IMG/VR virus record: IMGVR_UViG_3300030233_000054
Location: 1 to 58,481 of that record
Source: a virus
Lineage: Duplodnaviria > Caudoviricetes
Direction: 5' to 3' (one strand)
DNA length: 58,481 nt
Below are positions 34,282-43,140 of this stretch, one piece after another (positions within the stretch are counted from its first letter, which is position 1; every line of letters starts with the position of its first letter). The notes under the pieces were generated by a model. That model was not told the DNA's origin and did not search any database. It worked only from the letters and a program-made list of their open reading frames with translations. A program made the position numbers and the translations under genes.

Positions 34282-35748
34282 TTAGGCGTTGTAGGTCTTG
34301 AAGTCCACGGGGAGGAAGCCGTCGTCCACCGCATGCTCAATGTAGATGGCATTCGGGGCAAAGTCTTCCGCCGTGTACTTGCAGGCACCGATGCCCATGA
34401 CCGACACGTTCTGGACAGCCTTGTCCAGGGTGCCGTTCGTGGAGTACGAGACCAAGCGGTTCCAGTCAGCGCCGATGCCGAAGAGCGAGCTTTCCGCGCC
34501 GAGCACGTAGGTGCCGCCGTGGCGGATGCCGTTCTCGGTGATCGGAACGATGGTCGCGCCTTGGACAGCGGCGTTCGTGTTCTTGCCGCTGGCGTTCCAG
34601 GTGATGCCCGCGAGGGAGGTCACCTGATCGCCGGTGGCGGAAGCGCCCAGGCGCTCGATCATCACCAGTTGGTGCTTCGAGTTGGTTTCGTAGCTGAACA
34701 CCATGAAGGTGCCGTCCGGGTTCACGATGGCCGCATAGCGGGTGTCGTCGCTCGGGCTCGGGGGGCTGTTGTCCACCTTGAGCGGGTAGTTGTCGAACGT
34801 CTCAAAGTAGTTCGGCTGCGGGTCTTGGCTACTGTCGTAGCTTTTGCCGCCACCGACCACGTTGACCTTGCTCGTGCCCGCCGTGATGGCGACGCCGAGG
34901 TGGGCAATCGGGAGGTTCGGGGCACCGACCGGGCTGCGGCCCAGGACGCGAACCGGCTCGAATCCGAGGATGCCGATGCCGTTCCAGTCGGAATAGCCGC
35001 CCTTGAAGAGGCGATTGGCCTCCCCGCGAGCGCCAGCTTCCTGCTGGGCGTTCAGGTACTGAGGGCTGTCCACGAACGCCTGAAGGCCGGACTTGGTGCC
35101 AACCGCCAGGTACTGTTCGATCTGCGTACCGTGCTTGTCGATGGTGATGCTCATGGGGCGAGCGCCGTTGCCAGCGAGGGCGTTGGACGCCTTGCGGATC
35201 AGACCGGCACTCAGGGTGTCGCCTGCCTCAAGGTCAGCCTGGGCCTTGCCGTCCGGGCGCAGCGTGGTCATGGCGTTGGCCAGCGCGGCTTCCCTCAGGT
35301 GGTACAGCACGCGGAACTGGTGGTAGCGGGCAACGCGGTCGCCAAGCTGGGCCATCAGCATCGTCATGCCGCCTTCCTTGCCGTAGGTGGTGAAGATCGA
35401 GCGGTAGTAGCTCATGCCGACAGAGAAGCGCACGAGATCGACCTTCACGCTGAACGTGCGGTCAACCGGGTTCTCTTCCTTGCCTTCAATGTCGCCCTCG
35501 CCCACCTGCTCCGGTCCGCCCAGGGCGTCCGCAGTCGGGAAGTGCATGGTCTGTGCGCTGGTCTTCTTCCAGTCGCGCTTTTTGAGGACAGCCTTGTTGC
35601 TGCCGGGTTCGCCGGTGAGATGTTTGAAGATGTTCTGACCTTCAAACCGGCGCTTGATCATCTCGGAGTAAAGGACGGGCTGGTTCGCCGCACTGCGTGC
35701 GATGATGTCCGCCATTGCCTCCACGGCGATGGTTTTTCTGTTAGCCAT
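34282..35748 (-). CDS. Major capsid protein (N4-gp56/DUF4043-like)
   Basis: 488 aa; GEGDIEGKEE, RGEANRLFKGG..WNGI; AGGAG RBS; follows scaffold. Confidence 0.8.
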   Translation of the reverse strand: MANRKTIAVEAMADIIARSAANQPVLYSEMIKRRFEGQNIFKHLTGEPGSNKAVLKKRDWKKTSAQTMHFPTADALGGPEQVGEGDIEGKEENPVDRTFSVKVDLVRFSVGMSYYRSIFTTYGKEGGMTMLMAQLGDRVARYHQFRVLYHLREAALANAMTTLRPDGKAQADLEAGDTLSAGLIRKASNALAGNGARPMSITIDKHGTQIEQYLAVGTKSGLQAFVDSPQYLNAQQEAGARGEANRLFKGGYSDWNGIGILGFEPVRVLGRSPVGAPNLPIAHLGVAITAGTSKVNVVGGGKSYDSSQDPQPNYFETFDNYPLKVDNSPPSPSDDTRYAAIVNPDGTFMVFSYETNSKHQLVMIERLGASATGDQVTSLAGITWNASGKNTNAAVQGATIVPITENGIRHGGTYVLGAESSLFGIGADWNRLVSYSTNGTLDKAVQNVSVMGIGACKYTAEDFAPNAIYIEHAVDDGFLPVDFKTYNA

Positions 35749-35792
35749 TGGTTTGTTCTCCTATGAAGTTGAGTTGGTTTGGAGACGCACCG

Positions 35793-35806
35793 TTATTTGT
35801 CAATAC
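35793..35806 (-). promoter_or_regulatory. GTATTGACAAATAA motif copy 5
   Basis: Exact, 44 nt before capsid ATG. Confidence 0.75.
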
Positions 35807-35825
35807 TCTGAGATGGAAGAAGGGG

Positions 35826-36968
35826 TCAGGCGGCGTTCGAGGCCGGAAAGCCCGTCTCAAAGAACTTGTCCACGCCCTTGGCAGCGGCCAGCTCCAGCAC
35901 CTTTTCCTGATCATCCGGGCTCAGGTCATTGAGCAAATCCAACGGATTGTCGGGGATTTCGATGTTGGTTGATGGTTGCGGCTGGTTGCCTTCGCCCACG
36001 GGGGGCGGAGTCAACTTCTTCGGAGGGGTGGGCTGGGAAATGTCCTGAGGATTCTTCTTGGGAAGCGGGGCGGGATCGGTCGCGGGCTTGACGTTCAGGC
36101 GGCGGGCGGCGCGGGTGATGGCCACCTCAACGCCTTCATCGCTTTCGGCGACGGCTTGAGACAGCTTCTCGAACTCTTCCTGAGCGGCCATCTGCATCTC
36201 GCTGCCTTCCTTCCAGGCATCCGGGTACTGCTTTTGCAGCGGGCCAAGGATCTCGGCGCGGCGGACTTTGGCGGCTTCTTGGGCACGTTCAGCTTCACGC
36301 TCGGCGCGGAACTTCGATTCCGCACGGGCTTCAGCCAGTTGCGCCTTCAGGTCGCCAATCTGGCGCTCCAGCTTCCGGGCTCCGGCGTCGTCGCCGGAGT
36401 CGTAGGCTTCGTCCGCTTTGCTCTCGGTGTCCTTGATCTGCGCTTCCAGGTCGCTGATGGGATCGGCCTCGGGCTCCGTTTCGCTCTCGGCTTCCGCCTG
36501 AGTGCTGGGGGCCTGGTTCATCCTGGTGTAGTATTCCCGAAGCGAAAGGCCATTAGCACGGGCGGCAGCCACATCGGCAGCCTCCTGCTCGTCCTTCACG
36601 CGGAAGCGCTTGGAGAAAGGGGAATCGGGCTCCTCCTCCTGCTCTTCCTTAGCCTCGGGCTCCTCCTGCTTCGCCTTCTCGGGCTCGGCAGCGGGCTCGT
36701 CGGCCTCGCTCTCGGGTTCTGGGGTGGACCGATTCGCCGGGGTTTCCGGTTCCTCTTCGTAGCCAAGCTCGCGTCGGGACTGCTCCTCGACTCGCGCTGA
36801 GTAAGCTTCCAGTTCCTCGTCGGTTGCGGTTTCGGGGTTGAAATCAACGCCCGCACCATCCGAAGGGTTACGCGCAGCAGTTGCCTCCGGGCTGGTGCCC
36901 GGGGTTTCTGCGCCCGTCGCCTGCGCTGCTTGAGCGGCTTCCGCCTGCTCGGTAATCACAGTTTCCAT
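35826..36968 (-). CDS. Capsid scaffolding protein
   Basis: Highly acidic E/A/P-rich coiled coil directly upstream of capsid gene. Confidence 0.75.
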   Translation of the reverse strand: METVITEQAEAAQAAQATGAETPGTSPEATAARNPSDGAGVDFNPETATDEELEAYSARVEEQSRRELGYEEEPETPANRSTPEPESEADEPAAEPEKAKQEEPEAKEEQEEEPDSPFSKRFRVKDEQEAADVAAARANGLSLREYYTRMNQAPSTQAEAESETEPEADPISDLEAQIKDTESKADEAYDSGDDAGARKLERQIGDLKAQLAEARAESKFRAEREAERAQEAAKVRRAEILGPLQKQYPDAWKEGSEMQMAAQEEFEKLSQAVAESDEGVEVAITRAARRLNVKPATDPAPLPKKNPQDISQPTPPKKLTPPPVGEGNQPQPSTNIEIPDNPLDLLNDLSPDDQEKVLELAAAKGVDKFFETGFPASNAA

Positions 36969-36993
36969 GCCTGATTACTAACGCTTTATCATG

Positions 36994-37007
36994 TTATTTG
37001 TCAATAC
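36994..37007 (-). promoter_or_regulatory. GTATTGACAAATAA motif copy 6 (degenerate tandem copy at 37015-37028)
   Basis: Exact, 25 nt before scaffold ATG. Confidence 0.75.
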
Positions 37008-37033
37008 CTTGCGATTATTCGTCAATTTTCCCG

Positions 37034-37062
37034 TTGACATGCGAAGCGCTTGGCATGACTAT
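37034..37062 (+). promoter_or_regulatory. Divergent sigma70-like promoter TTGACA-N17-GACTAT
   Basis: 8 nt before ATG 37071. Confidence 0.45.
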
Positions 37063-37070
37063 TTATCCCG

Positions 37071-37253
37071 ATGAACCCGAAAGAGATGGGGCGCAAAGGT
37101 GGTCGCGCTAAATCTGAGAAAAAAACTGCCGCCGCGAGACGTAATGCACAGCTACGTTGGAAGCGTCGGCGCAAAAAAGGATGGCGCAACAACGCCAGTA
37201 ATCAAAACCCAAGGGATGACGATGACAGAAACCAAACGAAAGATACGGCATAG
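37071..37253 (+). CDS. Small basic KGG-motif protein
   Basis: MGRKGGRAKSEKKTAAARRN. Confidence 0.55.
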   Translation: MNPKEMGRKGGRAKSEKKTAAARRNAQLRWKRRRKKGWRNNASNQNPRDDDDRNQTKDTA

Positions 37254-37809
37254 CGAGAAGGCACAAGCCAATTCCCGCGCCTGGAACGCCAAGACCCGGA
37301 AAGACCCGGAGTTCCGCGATGCCGAAGCCGAGCGCAAACGCGCCTGGTACGAGAAGAACAAGGAGCGGGAGCAGGCCAAGCGCCGCGCCCGTAAGCGCTT
37401 TCACGATCTGGAGGCCCAGCAGTTCCTGGTGGTCGCCCCGTTCACGGGCCGTAAGCCCCGTGGTGTGCCGGACAATGAAGACCCGTTGACCATCCTCAAC
37501 CGGATCACCCAAAGCGAAGAGTCGCGCTTCAACCTCCATGGCCGCACATGGAAGGGGCAGTTCGTCCGTTTTACCGCAATGACGCGCCCCCAGGTGGATC
37601 AGGTCTTCTACCACGACAAGGACGGCATGCTCTGCACCCGCAACGTCTTGGAGCAGGTCGCCTACCTCATGGAGTTCGAGGCCCAGGACCTACGCAAAGA
37701 GAAGTTGTACACCACGCTGGCCAAGAAATACGTCATCGTCCGACGTGAAGCCGTGCTCGATGCCGGGATGCTGCGGACGATGCTCAAGCAGGTGGGGGGA
37801 TCGAAATGA
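37216..37809 (+). CDS. Hypothetical basic, probable DNA-binding protein
   Basis: ERKRAWYEKNKEREQAKRRAR; start re-assigned to ATG 37216. Confidence 0.65.
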   Translation: MTMTETKRKIRHSEKAQANSRAWNAKTRKDPEFRDAEAERKRAWYEKNKEREQAKRRARKRFHDLEAQQFLVVAPFTGRKPRGVPDNEDPLTILNRITQSEESRFNLHGRTWKGQFVRFTAMTRPQVDQVFYHDKDGMLCTRNVLEQVAYLMEFEAQDLRKEKLYTTLAKKYVIVRREAVLDAGMLRTMLKQVGGSK

Positions 37810-38105
37810 ACTTAGGAGATACGCCAACTCAACTTACTGGTCACTGGCGCGTTGTTCCATATTCCAATCTAGGAGGCCTCGTATTCCGCATTAATGTCGT
37901 GTGGATGAGCGGCGAAAATGCTATTGTGCGCGATTGGTTTCCCATGGATCACTTGGGCGTGTATAACGGCAACCTAGAATCTAGCTTAGAGAGCGATCCT
38001 GAGATTAGAAATTTCTACAACTGGGGAATTAAAATCCTCAAGGCTAAACTGAAGTGCCACATGAGGGACCAGCGTGGCATCGAACTAGTGGAGGGGTCGA
38101 AATGA
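37806..38105 (+). CDS. Hypothetical protein (paralogue A)
   Basis: ATGA coupling; similarity to next gene. Confidence 0.6.
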   Translation: MNLGDTPTQLTGHWRVVPYSNLGGLVFRINVVWMSGENAIVRDWFPMDHLGVYNGNLESSLESDPEIRNFYNWGIKILKAKLKCHMRDQRGIELVEGSK

Positions 38106-38389
38106 GTTACATAGAAGATCGTCTATTGGAGATGACCAGAAACTCTGAACTCCCGATTTCCGTTGAAGGAGAATGGAAGGTTCTTAAGTATAAATGTGAT
38201 TTTGAACCATGGGTTCAAGTTTGCTTTCTCCTGCCTTCAGGCGAGCCTGTTGCGCGCCTTCCTTTGGAGGCCCCTCAAGAGGTTTCCAAGAAAACACTAT
38301 TGCGCATAGGGAAAAGAAAACTCACAGAGCATATGCGCGGGTTTGGCGTTGAATTAGTGGAGAAAAACAAACAGGTGGAGGGGAAATGA
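38102..38389 (+). CDS. Hypothetical protein (paralogue B)
   Basis: GGAGG RBS, ATGA coupling. Confidence 0.6.
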   Translation: MSYIEDRLLEMTRNSELPISVEGEWKVLKYKCDFEPWVQVCFLLPSGEPVARLPLEAPQEVSKKTLLRIGKRKLTEHMRGFGVELVEKNKQVEGK

Positions 38390-38658
38390 GCGAGCGCATA
38401 ACATTGCGGCATCAACTCAATTCGCGGCCCTCGGTTAAAGACTTCCAAAGCCTTCGTGTCGAAATGATGAGACAAGGTTACTACCCGAAACTATGGCGTA
38501 TGTCCGAAGAGGTGCTCAAGCAAACCAACTCGCTATATCGCCGCCCAAACTCAAAGCCCAACTCCGATCACGCTTTTGAATTTCTCGGGTGTCCTATTGA
38601 GGAATGTGATCTTGGGGATGTTGTTGAGCTGGTAGGTGGATTGGAGGCGATGGAATGA
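38386..38658 (+). CDS. Hypothetical protein
   Basis: GGAGG RBS, ATGA coupling. Confidence 0.6.
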   Translation: MSERITLRHQLNSRPSVKDFQSLRVEMMRQGYYPKLWRMSEEVLKQTNSLYRRPNSKPNSDHAFEFLGCPIEECDLGDVVELVGGLEAME

Positions 38659-39035
38659 TTGACATGGACCCATTCTTGGAAGCCAAGGTGAAGCAGCGCC
38701 TAGACGACTTCGCGGAAGAACTTCAATCCCTTGGATTCCGAGCCGCGCACCCTGACGACGGATGGGTGGACCGCGAGAACAACATCGTCCAGTTCGCCTA
38801 CCCGCAGTTGATGCTAACCCTGAGAGCGGGCGATAAAGTGGCTCTTGGATGGGCGGACAAATACCGGACGGTGTACCTGGTGGAGAAGCTGCCGAAACGC
38901 ATGTTCGACATCAACGATCCCAATAGGTGGCGCTTTACAACCACCCCTTCCCCGAACTCCCGGCCCTCTGCTGCCTCAGGCGCTCCAGCACAGCATCACG
39001 CTTCCGGCGCACCTTGTACTCGGTCGGCGTCTTGA
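38655..39035 (+). CDS. Hypothetical protein (AAHPDDGWVDR motif)
   Basis: GGAGG RBS; 3' end overlaps terL tail. Confidence 0.6.
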   Translation: MIDMDPFLEAKVKQRLDDFAEELQSLGFRAAHPDDGWVDRENNIVQFAYPQLMLTLRAGDKVALGWADKYRTVYLVEKLPKRMFDINDPNRWRFTTTPSPNSRPSAASGAPAQHHASGAPCTRSAS

Positions 39036-40845
39036 GCCCTTCAAAGGCCAGCGCGTCGGCGAATACCTCGTCATCGTGACGGCCATCCGCATGCTTCCAA
39101 GTGCCGTCCTCGTGCTGCACAAAAGTCTTGTACTGGCCGATAGCGAACGGATCGGGATTAATCATCTCCTGATCGCGCACGGCGGTTTGCAGAGGGGAAA
39201 GCAACGGCATTCGCGTGGCCACATTTGTGTTGTACCCCTCCTCCAGCCTTGGCTTGCTGGTGTTCGGGTTGACGATCTTGCGGTGGTAGAGATTGAGTTC
39301 CCGCATCTTGGCTTGCTGGATGAGCATACCGCCTGCGGTCCCCGGTCTTTCGATCACCACAATGCACCCGCCAAAGTACAGACTCAGCAACTCCATGTCC
39401 TCGCCGCATATATCGGGATTCACGCGGTTCACCGGCACCATGGACGCCACCCGTTGCCTGGGGACATGTATACCGTCTTCATTCGTGAACGCATCGCGCC
39501 AGACTGCAAGGCCGTGGGCGTCCTGCTCCGCTCCCTCGCCGTCGCTCTTGCCCTCGGCCCCATCCACGCCCATGGCGTACCACCCGCCCTCTACCGGATG
39601 CTGGAAGATCTGGAAGCGCCCGGCCTGCTTGTCTAGGGTGAAGAGCACTTCCCCGTTCTCCTGCTTGGTCAGATTGCCAATGTCCGGCGTCGTCGCCCCG
39701 GCGTAGCGCTCTAGCTGGATGATGCCGTCAGCGTCGAATACGGGACGGCCAGAGGCGAGGAAGCAACTCACAGGGTCGCGGGGGTGCTCTTGGTCAAAGT
39801 CGCCCTTGTTCCCGTTGAACTCGGTGCTGATCATCATGCGCCGCCAAGCGAGCTGCTGCCAGAGGTTGGCGTTGTCGATCTCCTTACCGAGGCGCTGCTG
39901 CCCCTTGAGCGGGCCGGTTTCGATCTCGCTGGCGTAGCGGTCGATCAACTGGCGCTCGTCATCGTCCAGCGTCTCCTGAATCTTCTCCTGCTGCGACTGG
40001 CTGAACTTCTCAGCCGGAATCATGGAGCCATCGAACTCGTACCATGGCGCAAACACCCTGATGTACTGATGTTCCGGGGCTAGCTCATCAACGGACTGGG
40101 GAAGATCGCTCTCCCACTGCTTCCAATACTTGACGCCTCCCGGGCACTCGTCAGCATGCGGCCACCGTGCGGACATAAAGCGCTCGAAAAACGCCCCGTG
40201 CGCCCCGTTGGGTGTGCTCTCCTCCCCCACGAAATGAAAACCCTGCTTCGGCAGAGCGCCCTGCATGGACTGGAGGGTTTCGCTGGCGTCCAGAGCGCCG
40301 CCTGTGGGCCAGCGACCACACTCCGTGGCGTGGTAAGCCTGCAATCGGTTGGATCGGGCGGACTCTGGCTCTCCCGCTGTGTAGAATGCCCCGAGCCGGG
40401 AGTTGTGCGCCCAGTGCATCCGGTCGTTAACGTCCTTGGTGATCTTCGTGCCCCACGGGAACTTGTCGCGCTGCGCCAGGAGTTTGACGATTTGGAAAAC
40501 GTTGATGCTTGATTCCTGCTTGTTCCCGATCTGACCAGCGTTGGTCTTAAAGTTCATCAGGTGGTGGTAAAGGATCGCCGCAATGGTCGAGCTGCCGCCG
40601 CGCCCACGGGGTTTGAGCAACTGCAACCGGCAGGCCAACCGTTTGGCTAGCCGCGCCCGGTAAACCGCAAAGGCCCGTCGCTGGAGCACGTTGGGAACAA
40701 TCTGGATTTCCTCGCGCGTGGCCTCATCCAGGAAGTGGGCGAAGTGCTTGCACCACCACTCCACGTCGCTCCTGCCCCGCTGGTACTCCTCTAAGGAGAG
40801 CGGGAAGATCGTCTTTAGGAACGCGGCTTCGTCTTCGGGCGTCAT
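38935..40845 (-). CDS. terL: Terminase large subunit
   Basis: LLKPRGRGGSS Walker A, HATECG Walker B, ESTPNG motif, MGVDGAEG nuclease, HDDEVFA. Confidence 0.9.
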   Translation of the reverse strand: MTPEDEAAFLKTIFPLSLEEYQRGRSDVEWWCKHFAHFLDEATREEIQIVPNVLQRRAFAVYRARLAKRLACRLQLLKPRGRGGSSTIAAILYHHLMNFKTNAGQIGNKQESSINVFQIVKLLAQRDKFPWGTKITKDVNDRMHWAHNSRLGAFYTAGEPESARSNRLQAYHATECGRWPTGGALDASETLQSMQGALPKQGFHFVGEESTPNGAHGAFFERFMSARWPHADECPGGVKYWKQWESDLPQSVDELAPEHQYIRVFAPWYEFDGSMIPAEKFSQSQQEKIQETLDDDERQLIDRYASEIETGPLKGQQRLGKEIDNANLWQQLAWRRMMISTEFNGNKGDFDQEHPRDPVSCFLASGRPVFDADGIIQLERYAGATTPDIGNLTKQENGEVLFTLDKQAGRFQIFQHPVEGGWYAMGVDGAEGKSDGEGAEQDAHGLAVWRDAFTNEDGIHVPRQRVASMVPVNRVNPDICGEDMELLSLYFGGCIVVIERPGTAGGMLIQQAKMRELNLYHRKIVNPNTSKPRLEEGYNTNVATRMPLLSPLQTAVRDQEMINPDPFAIGQYKTFVQHEDGTWKHADGRHDDEVFADALAFEGLKTPTEYKVRRKRDAVLERLRQQRAGSSGKGWL

Positions 40846-41165
40846 TTATTTGTCAATACCTTGTGGGGAGAACAAAGCACCCTCTGGTCCCGGCCCGGCC
40901 ACCTGTGGGCCTGTGTCTGCTGCCAGTCTAGGGGCGCAGAGTGGTCAGGCAACCGGTTGTGCCGCCCGCGAATGTCGTAGGACGCCCCGTCTATCTCGGT
41001 GTAGACATGGCCCTCGACCGCTGCGTACCAAGCGCGAGCCTGTGGAAAGAGAGCCCGCAGCATGAGTGAGAGCGTCACGCACTGCCCCTCCATGAACAGC
41101 GGCACCATAACGTCAGGATGGCCGTTGCGAAGAGCGGCTAGGGCGTTGTCTGCGGGGGTGTTCAT
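40842..41165 (-). CDS. Hypothetical protein (GxC...H...YDIRG, papain-fold-like)
   Basis: EGQC...GHVYTEIDGASYDIRG. Confidence 0.55.
   Translation of the reverse strand: MNTPADNALAALRNGHPDVMVPLFMEGQCVTLSLMLRALFPQARAWYAAVEGHVYTEIDGASYDIRGRHNRLPDHSAPLDWQQTQAHRWPGRDQRVLCSPHKVLTNK
40846..40859 (-). promoter_or_regulatory. GTATTGACAAATAA motif copy 7
   Basis: Exact, abuts terL ATG, inside the upstream CDS. Confidence 0.7.
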
Positions 41166-41299
41166 TTCTTAAATCGTTTCGGGTATTTCCGTTTCCCGCA
41201 TGTCGGGCATTTACTCCCATCGCTCACGATTCCTCGATCACAACTCGGACACCACGAGCGTGCCTTGCGAGGGGTTAGTTTTCGTTCTCGATTGGTCAC
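41162..41299 (-). CDS. Small zinc-ribbon protein
   Basis: WCPSCD...KCPTCG; GTG start. Confidence 0.55.
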   Translation of the reverse strand: MTNRERKLTPRKARSWCPSCDRGIVSDGSKCPTCGKRKYPKRFKK

Positions 41300-41556
41300 A
41301 CCCGCAACCCCTTCCTCGTTTCTGCGGCGCGATCCACGCCGTGAAAGAGTAGCCACACCCCCAACGCTGTCTGGCACGCCCATCCAGCGAAAATAGTTAT
41401 AAGCACGTGTGAGAATATGTTTCTATGCGGCACCATCTTGATGGGCTCCGCATGGATGCGACGCGCTCCAATAAGCTTGCAAATCTCATCCAGGTTCTCC
41501 CCCGTCCACTGGGCGCACTTCGCCTCAGCCGGGGCCGTCTTGTAGGTCTTGATCAT
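41296..41556 (-). CDS. Hypothetical protein
   Basis: AQWTGENLDEI; GGAGG RBS. Confidence 0.55.
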   Translation of the reverse strand: MIKTYKTAPAEAKCAQWTGENLDEICKLIGARRIHAEPIKMVPHRNIFSHVLITIFAGWACQTALGVWLLFHGVDRAAETRKGLRV

Positions 41557-41978
41557 GATTCGCCTCCTTGATTTTTGAATTCGATGAGTGTTTTCGTTAG
41601 ATCTTCATGGCCTTTTAATCGCATGTGTTCCAGCAAGCCTTGACTGGCGCTGAACGTGTGCGCCCGAAATTGGCCGATCCGCCCCTCTTTGCGGTTCAAC
41701 TCGCGGGTCGCCTCGAAGGTGTTGTAAGGGAGTAGCACACAGAGTTTACCGTCCACCATCGCAAGAAAGTCTTCACTTCTTGCTTTCGTGCCATTGAGCA
41801 CGACGGTGCCCTCTTCCGCGTCTATCTCGAAGGTTTCCTCAGTGAGTTTTTTCCACTCGCTCAAAAACCATTTAGGCCAATCAGCGGCTGGTATGCGCTG
41901 AAGCCTCACGATCTCTTTGACTGTGATGAAGTGGCTCGGTCTATTGGCCGCCTCTTGCTCTTCAACTGCTGCATTCAT
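41553..41978 (-). CDS. Hypothetical protein
   Basis: Starts inside direct repeat copy 1. Confidence 0.6.
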   Translation of the reverse strand: MNAAVEEQEAANRPSHFITVKEIVRLQRIPAADWPKWFLSEWKKLTEETFEIDAEEGTVVLNGTKARSEDFLAMVDGKLCVLLPYNTFEATRELNRKEGRIGQFRAHTFSASQGLLEHMRLKGHEDLTKTLIEFKNQGGES

Positions 41979-42076
41979 CGTCTATCCCTTTCTTGTTTGA
42001 TTCCGCCTGACTCCCCGTAGGAAACGCCAAGCCTCTTTGCTAGGTGTCTAGCCCGCCTCTCTGGCGAGCCCGTCTT
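41966..42076. repeat. 111-bp direct repeat, copy 1
   Basis: Identical by eye to 42416..42526. Confidence 0.9.
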
Positions 42077-42091
42077 GTAGGTCTCGATCAT
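41975..42091 (-). CDS. 38-aa chimeric ORF MIETYKTGSPERRARHLAKRLGVS...
   Basis: Hand translation; 5' end matches the 41556 gene, 3' end matches the 42571 gene. Confidence 0.4.
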   Translation of the reverse strand: MIETYKTGSPERRARHLAKRLGVSYGESGGIKQERDRR

Positions 42092-42101
42092 CGCGAATCC
42101 T

Positions 42102-42428
42102 CTAGCTCCGTCCGAATGTCCGTAAATGTTTCATGTTTCGATCTATAATCGCTGATTTGAGGTTGTTGATGGATCTCATCGCTTGCGAAAGCTCCGCCTG
42201 CACGTCGGATTTAAGCGGTTGTAAAGTGTGAATTTGATTGAGAAGCGTAGCTGCGGATGTTGCCAATTTCTCTTGACACTCCATTGCTGCGTACATGGTA
42301 GCGTTTTCTTGCTGAGCTAAAGATCGCTGCCGCGCCCTCAAGTCCTGCAATTCCATGTCGTCTACAGCGGTCTTACCCTCAAGATCGCGCAGAATCTTTT
42401 TCAAAGTGTCGGAGTCTGCTGCATTCAT
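42102..42428 (-). CDS. Coiled-coil hypothetical protein
   Basis: Starts inside repeat copy 2. Confidence 0.55.
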   Translation of the reverse strand: MNAADSDTLKKILRDLEGKTAVDDMELQDLRARQRSLAQQENATMYAAMECQEKLATSAATLLNQIHTLQPLKSDVQAELSQAMRSINNLKSAIIDRNMKHLRTFGRS

Positions 42429-42526
42429 CGTCTATCCCTTTCTTGTTTGATTCCGCCTGACTCCCCGTAGGAAACGCCAAGCCTCTTTGCTAGGTGTCTA
42501 GCCCGCCTCTCTGGCGAGCCCGTCTT
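42416..42526. repeat. 111-bp direct repeat, copy 2
   Basis: 450 bp from copy 1. Confidence 0.9.
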
Positions 42527-42571
42527 CACTTGCCGCGCACCCTTGTTGTTGTGGTGACGGCGAAATTTCAT
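42425..42571 (-). CDS. 48-aa basic protein MKFRRHHNNKGARQVKTG...
   Basis: Hand translation; TGATG coupling to terS stop and ATGA coupling to next gene. Confidence 0.5.
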   Translation of the reverse strand: MKFRRHHNNKGARQVKTGSPERRARHLAKRLGVSYGESGGIKQERDRR

Positions 42572-43083
42572 CAGTTGCTCCGCGCCGCCACCGCCTCCTT
42601 GGTTTTTTCCCAGGCGTCCATCGTCATGTGGTTGGTCACGTCAATTTCAATCCGTTTGGCCGCGTCCAGGCCCAGGAGGTCAGCCGTCCGCTTCATGAGC
42701 TTCAGCATCTTGTCGGCGGCGTTCATCCGGGCATCGTACTCCTTCACGGTCTGCACGATGTCACCCTTCTCGTTCTCCTCGGAGATATTGATATGATCGG
42801 CCGCCAGGTAGCGCATCAACTGCTCGCGGATCGTGTCCAGGTCCTCCAACTGCTCGGAAAGGTACTGCTCACAAAGCTCATTGGCCTGCGTGCGGACACG
42901 CTCGCGCACCTCGTGGATGTCGCCGGAGATCGTCGGCGCGGACACGCCGAGCCTCTTGGCAATCTTGCGGATGGGCATGCCTTCTTCGACACGGAGACGC
43001 CAAGCCTCAGCCTGTCGCTCGATTCTCTTTTCTACTTCGCCGGAGATGCGTCGGCCTCTGCCATTTGTTACGTTGCTGGCCAT
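42571..43083 (-). CDS. terS: Terminase small subunit (HTH)
   Basis: GMPIRKIAKRLGVSAPTI HTH, RTADLLGLDA, upstream of terL; start re-assigned to 43083. Confidence 0.7.
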   Translation of the reverse strand: MASNVTNGRGRRISGEVEKRIERQAEAWRLRVEEGMPIRKIAKRLGVSAPTISGDIHEVRERVRTQANELCEQYLSEQLEDLDTIREQLMRYLAADHINISEENEKGDIVQTVKEYDARMNAADKMLKLMKRTADLLGLDAAKRIEIDVTNHMTMDAWEKTKEAVAARSN

Positions 43084-43126
43084 AATTAGATTCAATGCGT
43101 TAAAGACACTCTCTGGTAACTGTGTG

Positions 43127-43140
43127 CTATTTGTCAATTC
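43127..43140 (-). promoter_or_regulatory. Variant motif GAATTGACAAATAG
   Basis: 12/14 match, 43 nt before terS ATG. Confidence 0.6.

Noticed and set aside
34333-35766. Long plus-strand ORFs opposite capsid, portal and giant genes (also 10504-11853, 21615-22892)
   Set aside because: Typical high-GC antisense shadows of strongly codon-biased genes
41966-42526. DGR template/variable repeat pair
   Set aside because: Copies are identical with no adenine-specific mismatches, and no reverse transcriptase is visible in the window
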